A stretch of DNA of 51,381 nucleotides. Origin: an uncultured Candidatus Saccharibacteria bacterium (GTDB taxonomy: Bacteria > Patescibacteriota > Minisyncoccia > Phycocordibacterales > UBA9973). This document shows, piece by piece, positions 18,871 to 28,663 of the stretch (the first letter of the stretch is position 1; the number at the start of each line of letters is the position of its first letter). The notes beneath the pieces are model-generated. The model had not been told where the DNA came from, made no database searches, and saw only the letters and a program-made list of their open reading frames with translations. The stretch lies in NCBI GenBank assembly GCA_964362545.1, contig CAYIEM010000003.1, positions 1 to 51,381 of the forward strand. Direction: 5' to 3'. The position numbers and the translations under genes are program-made.

Positions 18871-20367
18871 TTATATCATGGGCTCAGCTTCCGCGGCAAC
18901 TTTAGTTTGCCCGACTCCCCCAGTACCTTCTTCATTCGTCCCTTCGCTACCCTCCTCTTTTTTTCCTTTACCTTCAATGATCGCTTTCTCCTCCGCGCTT
19001 CTGATAATCGTCGCTTCTTCTTCAGCTATGAGTTTAGCCGCATCATCTCTCGATATCGAAAACTTTCTGCGAGAAGAGGCAATAATATTTTCCCTATACG
19101 ACGGGTGTGTAGGTGGTAGAACCCTCAAGGTCTCAGCAGAGAACGGATCGTAGGATTCACCATCGATTGTCATTTTGACATAAAATTCCGCAACTGCTAG
19201 GTTGATCATGTCTTTCACATCGAACAGTGGCGCAAATTCCGGCTTCATTTTCACCGCGTCTTCTCCACCGATGCGGAAAGTAATGATACTACCGCAATTA
19301 CCCAAGACCGCTTGGTGAACTTTGGGCAAAATTTGTCCCACATATTGATGCGCCATTGTTAAGTTTAATCCGTATTTTCTGGCCTCTGACAAAATATTTT
19401 CGAAAGTTTGCGTAACCACGTTTTGAAACTCATCCACGTATATATAAAAATCTGTACGATCTTTTTCTGGGATTGCCGCACGTTCCATTCCCGCCTGTTT
19501 TATTTTTGTCAAAAATATTGAACCAAGAAAAGATGAATTTTCTTCTCCGAGACGACCCTTTGAAAGATTAATAAGAATGATTTTCCCTTCATTCATCAAT
19601 TTGCTTATGTCTATTTTATTTTGCTTTTGACCGAAAATGTTTCGAAGTAGCGGATCGGATAAAAACTGCCCAAGTTTGTTTACGAGCGGAATGATAGCAT
19701 CCGTGTCAAATTTCTCCGACCAGTCGGCAAACTCGATAGCGAAGAATCTTTTAACCATATCATCCGTAATATATTCCACTACTTTTTGTCTATAATTTCT
19801 ATCAGTAAGCATTGAGATCATCCCGCGCATAGTAGCATGCGGATAGTCAAGGAGCGCCAAGCAAGTAAAACGAAAAACGTGTTCAAGTCTTGGCGTCCAG
19901 TTGGCTCCGAATTGTTTTTGAAAAACTTCAATCAATCCTTGGGTAAGTTGGAATTTAAACATTGGATCCACATTTGCTAGCGGATTGAATGATGCCGGAA
20001 AATCAATATCAGGAGGATCTATAATGCATACATCCTCAATGCGCTCTTCTGGAATGTAATCAAGCATAGCCTCTATGACATCCCCGTGCGGATCAATTAG
20101 ACATAAACCGTGGTTATATGTTATGTCTTGTCGCAAAAAAAGCTCTAGTAATTTTGTTTTTCCGACGCCAGACTTTCCGATAATATACAGATGTCTACGT
20201 CTATCGACGCGCTTAATACCGAAAATAAATTTTTTTTCTTCCAGAGAAGCGACGTAGTTAGTACGTCCGATGAAAGAAACATCTTCGGGTTTTACCTTTC
20301 CAAAAACAGGCAATTCTGGTGGAGGCGGACCATATTTGATTATTTGAACTCGATTTGGCTTCGGCAT
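18871..20367 (-). CDS. VirD4/TraD-HerA superfamily (DUF87-like) P-loop ATPase
   Basis: DRRRHLYIIGKSGVGKT Walker A, IDPHGD, SFNPL, YIYVDEFQN Walker B, SEARKYGL...AHQY. Confidence 0.85.
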   Translation of the reverse strand: MPKPNRVQIIKYGPPPPELPVFGKVKPEDVSFIGRTNYVASLEEKKFIFGIKRVDRRRHLYIIGKSGVGKTKLLELFLRQDITYNHGLCLIDPHGDVIEAMLDYIPEERIEDVCIIDPPDIDFPASFNPLANVDPMFKFQLTQGLIEVFQKQFGANWTPRLEHVFRFTCLALLDYPHATMRGMISMLTDRNYRQKVVEYITDDMVKRFFAIEFADWSEKFDTDAIIPLVNKLGQFLSDPLLRNIFGQKQNKIDISKLMNEGKIILINLSKGRLGEENSSFLGSIFLTKIKQAGMERAAIPEKDRTDFYIYVDEFQNVVTQTFENILSEARKYGLNLTMAHQYVGQILPKVHQAVLGNCGSIITFRIGGEDAVKMKPEFAPLFDVKDMINLAVAEFYVKMTIDGESYDPFSAETLRVLPPTHPSYRENIIASSRRKFSISRDDAAKLIAEEEATIIRSAEEKAIIEGKGKKEEGSEGTNEEGTGGVGQTKVAAEAEPMI

Positions 20368-20402
20368 TTATCGCTTTATTTTACTACTTTTTTAGCTTGT
20401 TT

Positions 20403-21599
20403 TCAATATAAATGTTGGGTATTTTGATACAAGCCTTTTCTATATTTCCGAGCCACATAAAAATACACCGGCAAAAGAGCTGAAAAAAACAAGACTCCTA
20501 AGAGCAGAAAACCATATTGATAAGACAAGCGTTCAATCAAAACACCTAAAACAAAACTAAAAAACGCCGTAGCCACGTGTTCTATTTGCTTACCGACGGA
20601 AAGCAAGGTAGCTTTAAACTTGCTGGATTTTATAACCTCAAGCTGATATCCCTCGTCTATTTTAGATAACCCCCAAAAGAAAGCGTTAACAATAATAAAA
20701 ACAGCGACTATGATCCGTGCGTCGGAAGTAATCGCCAATATGGCCATGAAAACAATATACAAAACAAGCTGAATTCTGAAAAACGAAAGCATTGTTAGGA
20801 ATTTTTTAATTCTGCCTGAAAAATAAAGCATCATTGAAGCAAGTCCCCTGCCTAGGCCAAAGAAAACTCCATACCAAATGACTGGTATCTCAAGAAAAAC
20901 TTGATACGGGGCGCGAAAAGCCCCTATGGCAAACAATGTTCCGCCCACAATTCCAGAGAAAAGAGCTACTGAGAAATAGTTAAGCTTTGTGGCTTCCTGT
21001 AATACTTGTCTAAAATTTGTCACTCGTATTTCTTCTGTCTCTTCTTGCGACACCATCGGAGTAACCAAGGAAATCGCAGAAATCAAACCTACCGTATCAA
21101 TCACTAGGGACACAATAAAAGGAAGTTTGTAGCTTATTCCAACCAAAAAAGGAATGAACACTGCCAGTGCCGCCGGTATAGCGAAACCTATAGCACTCGC
21201 TTTACCCATTACCTTAGAGTAATCACCTTCTCTGCCTAAACTTCTTAAAGTCTCATGCATAAAAGCGCTGCCCGTGCCAGAAATAAAAGCATGCCCCGCA
21301 CTTAAAAATACAGATCCGAGTACCAAAAGAAAGGTATTTTTGGCAAGAATAAAAAGGAGTGTTGAAAAGAAGAGAAGTGTAAAAGACAAAATAATTGTCT
21401 TTTTATGTCCGAGTTTATCTGAAGCGTATCCACTCGGAATTTCAAACAAAAAACCGGAAAGGCTCCCAGCCAGTGTGATCATTCCGATAACTTTGGCTGT
21501 AACATCTGGTATGGTAAGAAAGTATGCCCCCAAGATAGCTATGAAAACTCTTTTGTTTGATACCAAAAGAAGAGTGTATTTCCAAAGATTGCCTTTCAA
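20403..21599 (-). CDS. MFS transporter
   Basis: About 12 TM segments; FEIPSGYASDKLGHK motif A. Start uncertain: TTG 21599, or an out-of-frame GTG at 21613. Confidence 0.88.
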   Translation of the reverse strand: MKGNLWKYTLLLVSNKRVFIAILGAYFLTIPDVTAKVIGMITLAGSLSGFLFEIPSGYASDKLGHKKTIILSFTLLFFSTLLFILAKNTFLLVLGSVFLSAGHAFISGTGSAFMHETLRSLGREGDYSKVMGKASAIGFAIPAALAVFIPFLVGISYKLPFIVSLVIDTVGLISAISLVTPMVSQEETEEIRVTNFRQVLQEATKLNYFSVALFSGIVGGTLFAIGAFRAPYQVFLEIPVIWYGVFFGLGRGLASMMLYFSGRIKKFLTMLSFFRIQLVLYIVFMAILAITSDARIIVAVFIIVNAFFWGLSKIDEGYQLEVIKSSKFKATLLSVGKQIEHVATAFFSFVLGVLIERLSYQYGFLLLGVLFFSALLPVYFYVARKYRKGLYQNTQHLY

Positions 21600-21657
21600 T
21601 TTTTTTGATTCACTTTTTATCCTTAAATTGTAAGACTATTTTACATTTTTTGCAATC

Positions 21658-23343
21658 TTAATATACTTCTTTATTATAGCAACTCTCGCAATACACTATT
21701 TCCGGTCTCTCTGGGGTATAAGACGTTGAAAACTCATTACCACAACCTCCTTTCATGCATTTGTGATGCCATAATTTTGTTGGATTTTTAAAATTTATAC
21801 GCCAATTATTGCGACAGTAAAAACATTTTCGAGGAATAGGAATTGAACATTTTCTATAAAAAATTAACTCATTTTCAACTATTTTGTAATTTCTCCTGCA
21901 CTCAATACAATACAATATCTCATTTAGAATACTATCTTTAACATCTAAAATTGAATCTGAAATATCCTCCGGTTTTAAAGTTTCTTTTCCTGTAGTTATT
22001 TGTAGTTTATCCCACCATTTGTACCCTTTTTTTTCTGCCTCCTTCCTGGAAAATGGAAAATACTCATGGGCCATGGTCTCGTTATAACCAAAATGAGACA
22101 TTTTACTTGGGAAAAATTCCCCATACTCGCCCCAATTCTTCATATGCTCTATTAATTTGTCTCTTAGTGTAAAATATTCCTCCTTGGAATATTCTTTGTT
22201 TAAAATACAATATTGTCCATGTCTAATGCCAGAACAACCAAAAAGGTGTTTTGAAGAATGACAATTTTCGACATAACTTACTTCTTGATTCTTAAAAGAA
22301 AAGATGGCAAAAAGAGCGCGGTAATCGTAATCCGCAGTGAGCGCCTCGTAACATTGAGAACTCTCCCCGCCCGGTGTCAAATCGTAGCTATCCTTTATAT
22401 TAGTCCCGTGCAGTAAAAATCGTACATCCTCGCAACCTATCGCTACAAAGGCATTTTTAAGATTCTTACAGTTCAATAAATAATCTCCTGTACAGTTTAC
22501 GCTGTTTCGAATGTTAGCAAATCTTCGTGCTTGTTTTGAAAGAAACTGCGTAAACTCAGCTTCAGCACGTTTAATTCCAGAGTAGGTATCCAGCCGATAA
22601 CTTTTAATTATTTTCTCGTATTCTTCCTTGGTATGTTGTTTATTTAAAATACAATACTTTTGCTGGCGTAAATTTACACACATGAAGCAACTCGAACATC
22701 CTTTACAGTCATAACAAAAGATACAATCAGTAAGACCCGAGGAAAAATAACAATTGCGACAATTGTAACAATGCTCTAGAAATATAGAGTCATAGATAGT
22801 TTGTGAACAATAAAAAAGATCGAGGCAATCCACGATATCGCGAGTGTTCGGTCCATCAATATGATAATAATACATTAAGTCTTCGGTTCTCCATGTCATC
22901 GCTCCCATATAACAATTTTTGGCATAAGTGGTATTTTGGGTATACTCGCAGTTTACACTACCTATATCGTTATCGTTAATTAAAGATAATAAAGGCACTT
23001 TATCTTGGAGTTCTCGGAACTGTTCAAAAAAGGAACGAGAAAAGTCGATTTCTTTGCCATAAGATTTGGGGTCCCATTTATCACTCCACCAACATCTATT
23101 ACAATACACTGTAAGCTTTTTATCTTTATGGTAGAGAGAAATAATGTTTTTACCGCATAAGTCACAACTACGATTATAGAAAGTTAGATCATTGCGCCAA
23201 CAAAGTCTTCGAATTAAGCGACACTCCGAACAAAACGTCGGTGGAGGGACTTGTATCTTTTTGTAAAACCTAAAATCATCTGGCTCGATAATAAAATCCT
23301 TTTTACAATTCTTACATGTTTTGTTTTCACTTTTGTATTCCAT
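21658..23343 (-). CDS. Cys-rich multi-zinc-ribbon protein, paralogue 10
   Basis: N-term CKNC..PPPTFCSECR, CxxC-x17-CxxC, Cys/Asn/Ser repeats, GEFFP, C-term PERPEIVYCESCY; 39 Cys by hand count. Confidence 0.9.
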   Translation of the reverse strand: MEYKSENKTCKNCKKDFIIEPDDFRFYKKIQVPPPTFCSECRLIRRLCWRNDLTFYNRSCDLCGKNIISLYHKDKKLTVYCNRCWWSDKWDPKSYGKEIDFSRSFFEQFRELQDKVPLLSLINDNDIGSVNCEYTQNTTYAKNCYMGAMTWRTEDLMYYYHIDGPNTRDIVDCLDLFYCSQTIYDSIFLEHCYNCRNCYFSSGLTDCIFCYDCKGCSSCFMCVNLRQQKYCILNKQHTKEEYEKIIKSYRLDTYSGIKRAEAEFTQFLSKQARRFANIRNSVNCTGDYLLNCKNLKNAFVAIGCEDVRFLLHGTNIKDSYDLTPGGESSQCYEALTADYDYRALFAIFSFKNQEVSYVENCHSSKHLFGCSGIRHGQYCILNKEYSKEEYFTLRDKLIEHMKNWGEYGEFFPSKMSHFGYNETMAHEYFPFSRKEAEKKGYKWWDKLQITTGKETLKPEDISDSILDVKDSILNEILYCIECRRNYKIVENELIFYRKCSIPIPRKCFYCRNNWRINFKNPTKLWHHKCMKGGCGNEFSTSYTPERPEIVYCESCYNKEVY

Positions 23344-23349
23344 ATTTTA

Positions 23350-23375
23350 ATCTACTTTAGTTTAGTAAAGCAGAT
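23350..23375. repeat. ATCTAC...AGAT intergenic hairpin upstream of paralogue 10
   Basis: ATCT-a-CTTTA-gtttag-TAAAG-c-AGAT (G-U pair on the minus strand). Confidence 0.55.
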
Positions 23376-23383
23376 AAATATAA

Positions 23384-25048
23384 TCAATAAATTTCTTGTT
23401 GATAGCATGTTTCGCAATACACTATTTCCGGCCGATCGAGAGCGTAGTTTGTGGTGATCTCTTTTTTGCATTTATCACAAACACGCTTCCAGAATTTATA
23501 GGAACCGCGACATGCTATACGATCTTTGTGCCTGCAATAGAAACATTTTCTCGGTATAGGTAAAATCATTTTACGATAAAAAGAAAGTTCTTGGTTTGTA
23601 ATTTTGTAATTACGGTTGCAATCTATACATTGTAATATTTCGTCTGTTACTGAATCGGGTATATCCTTGATATGGTCTTGAATTTCTTCTTGTTTCATTG
23701 TTTCCTTTCCTTCCGTCTTTTGAATATCATCCTCCCATCTGAAACCTTGCTCTAGTACCTCTTTCTTGGTAAGCGGCATATTATCTTGCGCAATTGTTTC
23801 GTTATAAGCAAATGGAGCAAGCTCTACCGGCATCATAAGACCATATAAATCTTTTTCTCTTAATTCTTCAACAATATGCGTTTTAATTTCTTCATATTTT
23901 TCTTTCGTGTATTGTTTATTTAAAATGCAATATGAGACATTCCTCAATCCATCACAACCAATACAATCTTTACAATTCCTGCATTGGAAGGAATAAAAAA
24001 TATTTTGTGAATTTTCAACTGCATAAGAACCCATGACATTTGAGGAATAGCCAGTTGCAACACATTCAAGTAACATTCCACTCTTGAATCCATAACCGAT
24101 AGTACCCATAGAATCTTTTATTTCTTTACTTGAAAATAAGTATTTGCAATTTTCGGCACGGGCAATTTCAAAACTTTCCTTCACATCTTTGCACTCAAAA
24201 AGATAATCACCTGTTGAATCCATTGTTTTCAAATTATTATTCTCGCGTCTCGGAAATTGTAAAGAAAATTGATTGAACTTTTCTTGTGCCTCTTTCATTT
24301 TAGAATAACTGCCTATGACCTCTTCTAGGCGTTTCTTGTATTCTTCGCGAGTAAGTTGTTTGTTAAAAATGCAATAAGATTTATTGAGTAAGTTCACGCA
24401 ACAAAAACAATCATTAATGTTGCGACAATTCAAAACTAAACTCGAGTTAAAAGAATCAAAAGTATTTTTTCCGAAAAAAATATGATTAGATTCTGAAACA
24501 TTCACGCATTCATAACAATTTTCAAGATTGATCCCAAAATAACAATCACTGATGTCGCGAGAATTGCGAACTCCGCGAGAATACATTATCTCTTCCCCAG
24601 GACCACTATTAAACACTAAATAAGAATTCTTCAGACCTCCAGCTTGATTTACATAATCGCTATTTATGTTAGAACCCGAACCCAAACTGGCATATGTTGT
24701 TGCTTTTGGAACATCGACCAACAATTTCCCAAGTTGTCCAAAAAAAGGTTTTGATTGGTCGTAATCTGTTTTATAAAAACCTGCATCCCACCTGTCACTT
24801 CTGTAGCACTCATTACAATAAACAACATAAGGCAACTTAGGATTATACATCGTCACAATATTTTTCTGACACAAACCGCATTTTCTGCCTGAATACAAAC
24901 TTGTTTCGTTTCGCCATATTGCTCGCATTTTAAAACGACAATCCGGACAAATATTCGGGACTGGTACATCCATTTTTTCGTAAAAATTAAAATCATCACC
25001 ATCTAGTGAAAAATCTAAGCCGCATTTTTTACATTGTCTTGTCTCCAT
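23384..25048 (-). CDS. Cys-rich multi-zinc-ribbon protein, paralogue 9
   Basis: Same architecture; ends CDKC-x17-CETCYQQEIY. Confidence 0.9.
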   Translation of the reverse strand: METRQCKKCGLDFSLDGDDFNFYEKMDVPVPNICPDCRFKMRAIWRNETSLYSGRKCGLCQKNIVTMYNPKLPYVVYCNECYRSDRWDAGFYKTDYDQSKPFFGQLGKLLVDVPKATTYASLGSGSNINSDYVNQAGGLKNSYLVFNSGPGEEIMYSRGVRNSRDISDCYFGINLENCYECVNVSESNHIFFGKNTFDSFNSSLVLNCRNINDCFCCVNLLNKSYCIFNKQLTREEYKKRLEEVIGSYSKMKEAQEKFNQFSLQFPRRENNNLKTMDSTGDYLFECKDVKESFEIARAENCKYLFSSKEIKDSMGTIGYGFKSGMLLECVATGYSSNVMGSYAVENSQNIFYSFQCRNCKDCIGCDGLRNVSYCILNKQYTKEKYEEIKTHIVEELREKDLYGLMMPVELAPFAYNETIAQDNMPLTKKEVLEQGFRWEDDIQKTEGKETMKQEEIQDHIKDIPDSVTDEILQCIDCNRNYKITNQELSFYRKMILPIPRKCFYCRHKDRIACRGSYKFWKRVCDKCKKEITTNYALDRPEIVYCETCYQQEIY

Positions 25049-25063
25049 AATTTATAATTTCGT

Positions 25064-25085
25064 ATCTACGTACTAGTACGTGAGA
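25064..25085. repeat. Intergenic palindrome upstream of paralogue 9
   Basis: Perfect ACGTACTAGTACGT (25068-25081) within ATCTACG...GTGAGA. Confidence 0.65.
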
Positions 25086-25097
25086 AGTTATGGTTTA

Positions 25098-26783
25098 TTA
25101 ATACACTTCCTGCTGGTAACATTTCTCGCAGTAAACAATCGGGAATTCTTTTTCTTTGTACACGCTTTTAACCGGCAAACTACATCTCCCGCAAATTCTG
25201 TCCAAGAGTTTCATGTGCTCACTTATAAAACGTAACCTGTCTCGATGGCGGGCAAAAGGACTCTTGGCGGGTACAGGAAAATTAAACCTTTTATAAAAAT
25301 CCAGTTCTGACTTAGTAATTCTAAATAATTTTCCCGTTACTTCACATTTTATTGCCTTATTTAATATGGAATCGTCAACACCCCCGATTGAATCCGGCGG
25401 AATTACAACCTCCACATCATAATTAATATCGACAGAATGATCTTCGGATCTGAATCCCTCTTTTTCAATGTCTTTTTCGTTCAGCGGGAAATATTCATTG
25501 GCTACCGTCTCGCTATAACTGAAAGGAGAAACTTCGTACGGGAAGAATTCTCCGTATTTGTAGACTCGGCCTTTTTTGTCCGTGAATGGCGTATCATCCA
25601 TTTGTTTTTTTATTTTCTCCACCAGAGATTTATATTCTTCGGGCGAATACTTTTTGTTCAGGATAGAATATTCCCCTTTTCTCATGTTTGAACAGCCAAA
25701 ACAGTTATTGGAATTAACCATCACGCCGGAATAATTTATATCGGAAGAATGGTCTATCACCTGCCAAGAACAAAGCACCCTCGAGAGAGCTGTCACGCCT
25801 GCAATAACCTCATACATAAGCTCTCCGTTCCATACGCTGGTAACGTCCGCGGAATCTTTCATGTCCAGGTCAAAAAACATATATGCAACATTGTCGGATT
25901 TTTCAGTGTTATAAACTTCGCGACAGTTTCTAGAATCTTTTATTACATTGCCGGTGCAATTCACACATCGCTCTATAAAAAGAGCTCTTTGGGGAAACTT
26001 TTTCCATGAATCTTCCGATTTTTTCTTTACCTCCGCGAATTTTTTTCTGGAACCATTTAAATTTTCAAAAACAAATTTTTCGTACTCTTCTTTCGAAACA
26101 GGGATGTTGAAAATGTGATGTTTTTTATACCGCAAACCGGAGCACCCGATGACATTGGAACAATTCCGGCAGTCAAAGGAAAACCATGTATCTTGGCACT
26201 CAAAACACAGAATAGAACCGACATTTTTGTATGCGTTTTCGCAAAGAATATTTTCGTAACAAAACTCCCCCTGAATTAGCCAGAAATTATCAAGTGAATC
26301 TCTAGACTTCAATGCATACTGATTGAACGCGCAATCTTGGTTGAAATGTCCGCCGACATTTAGATAGCAATTCTTATCGTCCGTTTCATAATTCACCCAA
26401 GCGCTATTCACATTGTTTTTTTGAAACAAAGCAATATGTGGAATTGCCTTGTCTAAATCCAAAAATTGTTCAAAAAAATTTCTTGAAAAATCGTAATTTC
26501 GTCCATAGGAATTCGCATCCCATTTATCGCTATACCAGCATTTTGGGCAATACACAGTATAACGATTCTTCGGAGAATAAGCTGATATCACGTTTTCTCC
26601 ACACATATCGCATTGCCTCTTGTAAAGCGTACGCTCGTTCCGGAAGGCAAGCCTCCGTCTTAAACGACACTCCGGACAAAAGGTCGGCGACGAAACTTTC
26701 AATTTATCGTAAAGAGTAAAATCTTCCGGATATATCATGAAAGTCTCTTTACAACTCTGACAAATTTTCTTTTCGTTTTGCAT
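25098..26783 (-). CDS. Cys-rich multi-zinc-ribbon protein, paralogue 8
   Basis: Same architecture; ends IVYCEKCYQQEVY. Confidence 0.9.
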   Translation of the reverse strand: MQNEKKICQSCKETFMIYPEDFTLYDKLKVSSPTFCPECRLRRRLAFRNERTLYKRQCDMCGENVISAYSPKNRYTVYCPKCWYSDKWDANSYGRNYDFSRNFFEQFLDLDKAIPHIALFQKNNVNSAWVNYETDDKNCYLNVGGHFNQDCAFNQYALKSRDSLDNFWLIQGEFCYENILCENAYKNVGSILCFECQDTWFSFDCRNCSNVIGCSGLRYKKHHIFNIPVSKEEYEKFVFENLNGSRKKFAEVKKKSEDSWKKFPQRALFIERCVNCTGNVIKDSRNCREVYNTEKSDNVAYMFFDLDMKDSADVTSVWNGELMYEVIAGVTALSRVLCSWQVIDHSSDINYSGVMVNSNNCFGCSNMRKGEYSILNKKYSPEEYKSLVEKIKKQMDDTPFTDKKGRVYKYGEFFPYEVSPFSYSETVANEYFPLNEKDIEKEGFRSEDHSVDINYDVEVVIPPDSIGGVDDSILNKAIKCEVTGKLFRITKSELDFYKRFNFPVPAKSPFARHRDRLRFISEHMKLLDRICGRCSLPVKSVYKEKEFPIVYCEKCYQQEVY

Positions 26784-26795
26784 ATTTTTTGTCTG

Positions 26796-26829
26796 GTGGT
26801 GAATTTTAGCATATGCTAAGATTCACCAC
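26796..26829. repeat. 34-bp palindrome upstream of paralogue 8
   Basis: GTGGTGAATTTTAGCAT|ATGCTAAGATTCACCAC with one G-T mismatch; homologous to 32548-32583. Confidence 0.85.
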
Positions 26830-26843
26830 ACTGCACATCCTGT

Positions 26844-28619
26844 TCAGTAAACTTCTTGCTGATAACACCTTTCACAGTAAACGATTTCTGGTCTGTCGGG
26901 AGAATATGACGTTTCAAATTCATTTGGACAAGGAGAAATTCCATGTGAATGCTCTATAGTATTTTTATATTTACCATTGGAAGAGGAGACTCCGAAACAC
27001 TGGCACATACTATGCCATAACTTGTAAGGATTTCTCTGTTTTAATCTTTTATAATGACGACAATTAGGACAATATCGCGGCAAGGCTATGTTGTTGTTTC
27101 TTAAAAAATCTAATTCCGGTTTTATAATTTTGTAAGCGCCGGTGCATTGGGTCAGCTCGCCACCATTATTGGGACAAGAAATTACTTCTTCTAGAATCGA
27201 CTCTGAAACATCTTTCATATGATCGGGTAGATTTTCAGGCAAAATTGTCGGTTTGTAATCTTTTTCCGTTGCAGTTCTATATGTGTATCCAGTTTTTATA
27301 ATCTCTTCTTTCGTTTTTGGAAAATATTCTTGCGCTATGGTTTCGTTATAAGCGAAAGGTGATAATTCGCTCGGGAAAAATTCTCCGTATTTGTAAATTA
27401 TCCCTTTCTTGTCTTTGAAAGGAATGGTATTCATGTGCTCTATTATCTTGGGCACTAGCTTGAAATATTCTTCCTTGGTGTATTGTTTATTCAAAATGCA
27501 ATACTCTTTGCCTCGCAGTCCTATACAGCCAAATAAATTTTTATTATTAAAACACATATAGGTGTAACGAGTATCCAAGCAACTGTGCGTAAGAACTGAG
27601 AAGAATTGACTTCCTGATTGCTTGCCTGCGTCAACTCCTTCATACATAAGAGAAGCTATCGCCCCGCCGCCGTATATGTCGTAGCTATCTTTCATACCTA
27701 AAATATGAATCAGGTACTTTGAATCTTCTACGTCTCCAAAAATGTCAAAACAATGTTTTACATTTTTAGAATTCATTATGTTGTCTCCTAAAGCTCGATC
27801 TGATTTTATTATGTTTGCGTATTTATTCGGAAAACCTAAGGCAAATTTTTCATACTTCTTTTCAAACTCAGAAAGAACCAAAAAACTCCCGAAATTAAGT
27901 TCTTTTTTCTTCTTTTCATAATCCTCCTTTGTGTATTGCGCATTTAAAATACAATGACTCTTGTTCCTTAGATTCACGCAACCAATACAGTCTTGTAAGT
28001 TTTTACAATGCTTTAAGAAAAAAGAATTTATGGACTCGTCGGTATCGTAAGAAAAATGGCATTTATAAAGACCCGCACAAAGGGTAAATCCGTAAGAAAG
28101 TTCTGAATCTGCGCCGCCATAAATATCGATACAGTCTTTCAAGCCTACTGCACCATGGGAATAATGCGTTCTCTCATTATTGTAAGAAGCGTAAAGAAGA
28201 TAACAATATTTGCAATCAGCATTATGGTTGCCGTAAGGACTACCTAAACAATTATTGTTTCCTAAATTAGCTAGAGGAACTTTTTTTATCAATTCCTCGA
28301 ACTGTTCAAAAAACGGCCGGGAGAAATCGTAATCCTTTCCGTAACTAGTCGGATCCCATTCGTCACCCCACCAAACATCGTGGTCATAAACGACAACATC
28401 GGCATCCGGATGAAACATTGTTATTATTTGCTTTCCTGTTTTTCCGCAAGGCCTTTTAAAAAGAGAACGCTCATTACGCCACGTCATGCGACGAATAATC
28501 CTGCATTCCGGGCAGAAGGTTGGCGGAGGGACATTTATTTTTTCGTAAAAATTAAAATCCTCTTGTTCTATGACAAAATCTTTTTTGCAATTCTGGCATT
28601 TTTTTATTTCCTGTTTCAT
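26844..28619 (-). CDS. Cys-rich multi-zinc-ribbon protein, paralogue 7 (His/Cys insert subtype)
   Basis: Same architecture plus CQC...HSHG..C insert in the last knuckle. Confidence 0.9.
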   Translation of the reverse strand: MKQEIKKCQNCKKDFVIEQEDFNFYEKINVPPPTFCPECRIIRRMTWRNERSLFKRPCGKTGKQIITMFHPDADVVVYDHDVWWGDEWDPTSYGKDYDFSRPFFEQFEELIKKVPLANLGNNNCLGSPYGNHNADCKYCYLLYASYNNERTHYSHGAVGLKDCIDIYGGADSELSYGFTLCAGLYKCHFSYDTDESINSFFLKHCKNLQDCIGCVNLRNKSHCILNAQYTKEDYEKKKKELNFGSFLVLSEFEKKYEKFALGFPNKYANIIKSDRALGDNIMNSKNVKHCFDIFGDVEDSKYLIHILGMKDSYDIYGGGAIASLMYEGVDAGKQSGSQFFSVLTHSCLDTRYTYMCFNNKNLFGCIGLRGKEYCILNKQYTKEEYFKLVPKIIEHMNTIPFKDKKGIIYKYGEFFPSELSPFAYNETIAQEYFPKTKEEIIKTGYTYRTATEKDYKPTILPENLPDHMKDVSESILEEVISCPNNGGELTQCTGAYKIIKPELDFLRNNNIALPRYCPNCRHYKRLKQRNPYKLWHSMCQCFGVSSSNGKYKNTIEHSHGISPCPNEFETSYSPDRPEIVYCERCYQQEVY

Positions 28620-28646
28620 TCCAATGTTCTATAGAATGTTAGAATG
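28617..28646. repeat. Imperfect palindrome overlapping the start codon of paralogue 7
   Basis: CATTCCAATGTTCTA|TAGAATGTTAGAATG. Confidence 0.6.
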
Positions 28647-28663
28647 ATAATATACTGTACAAA

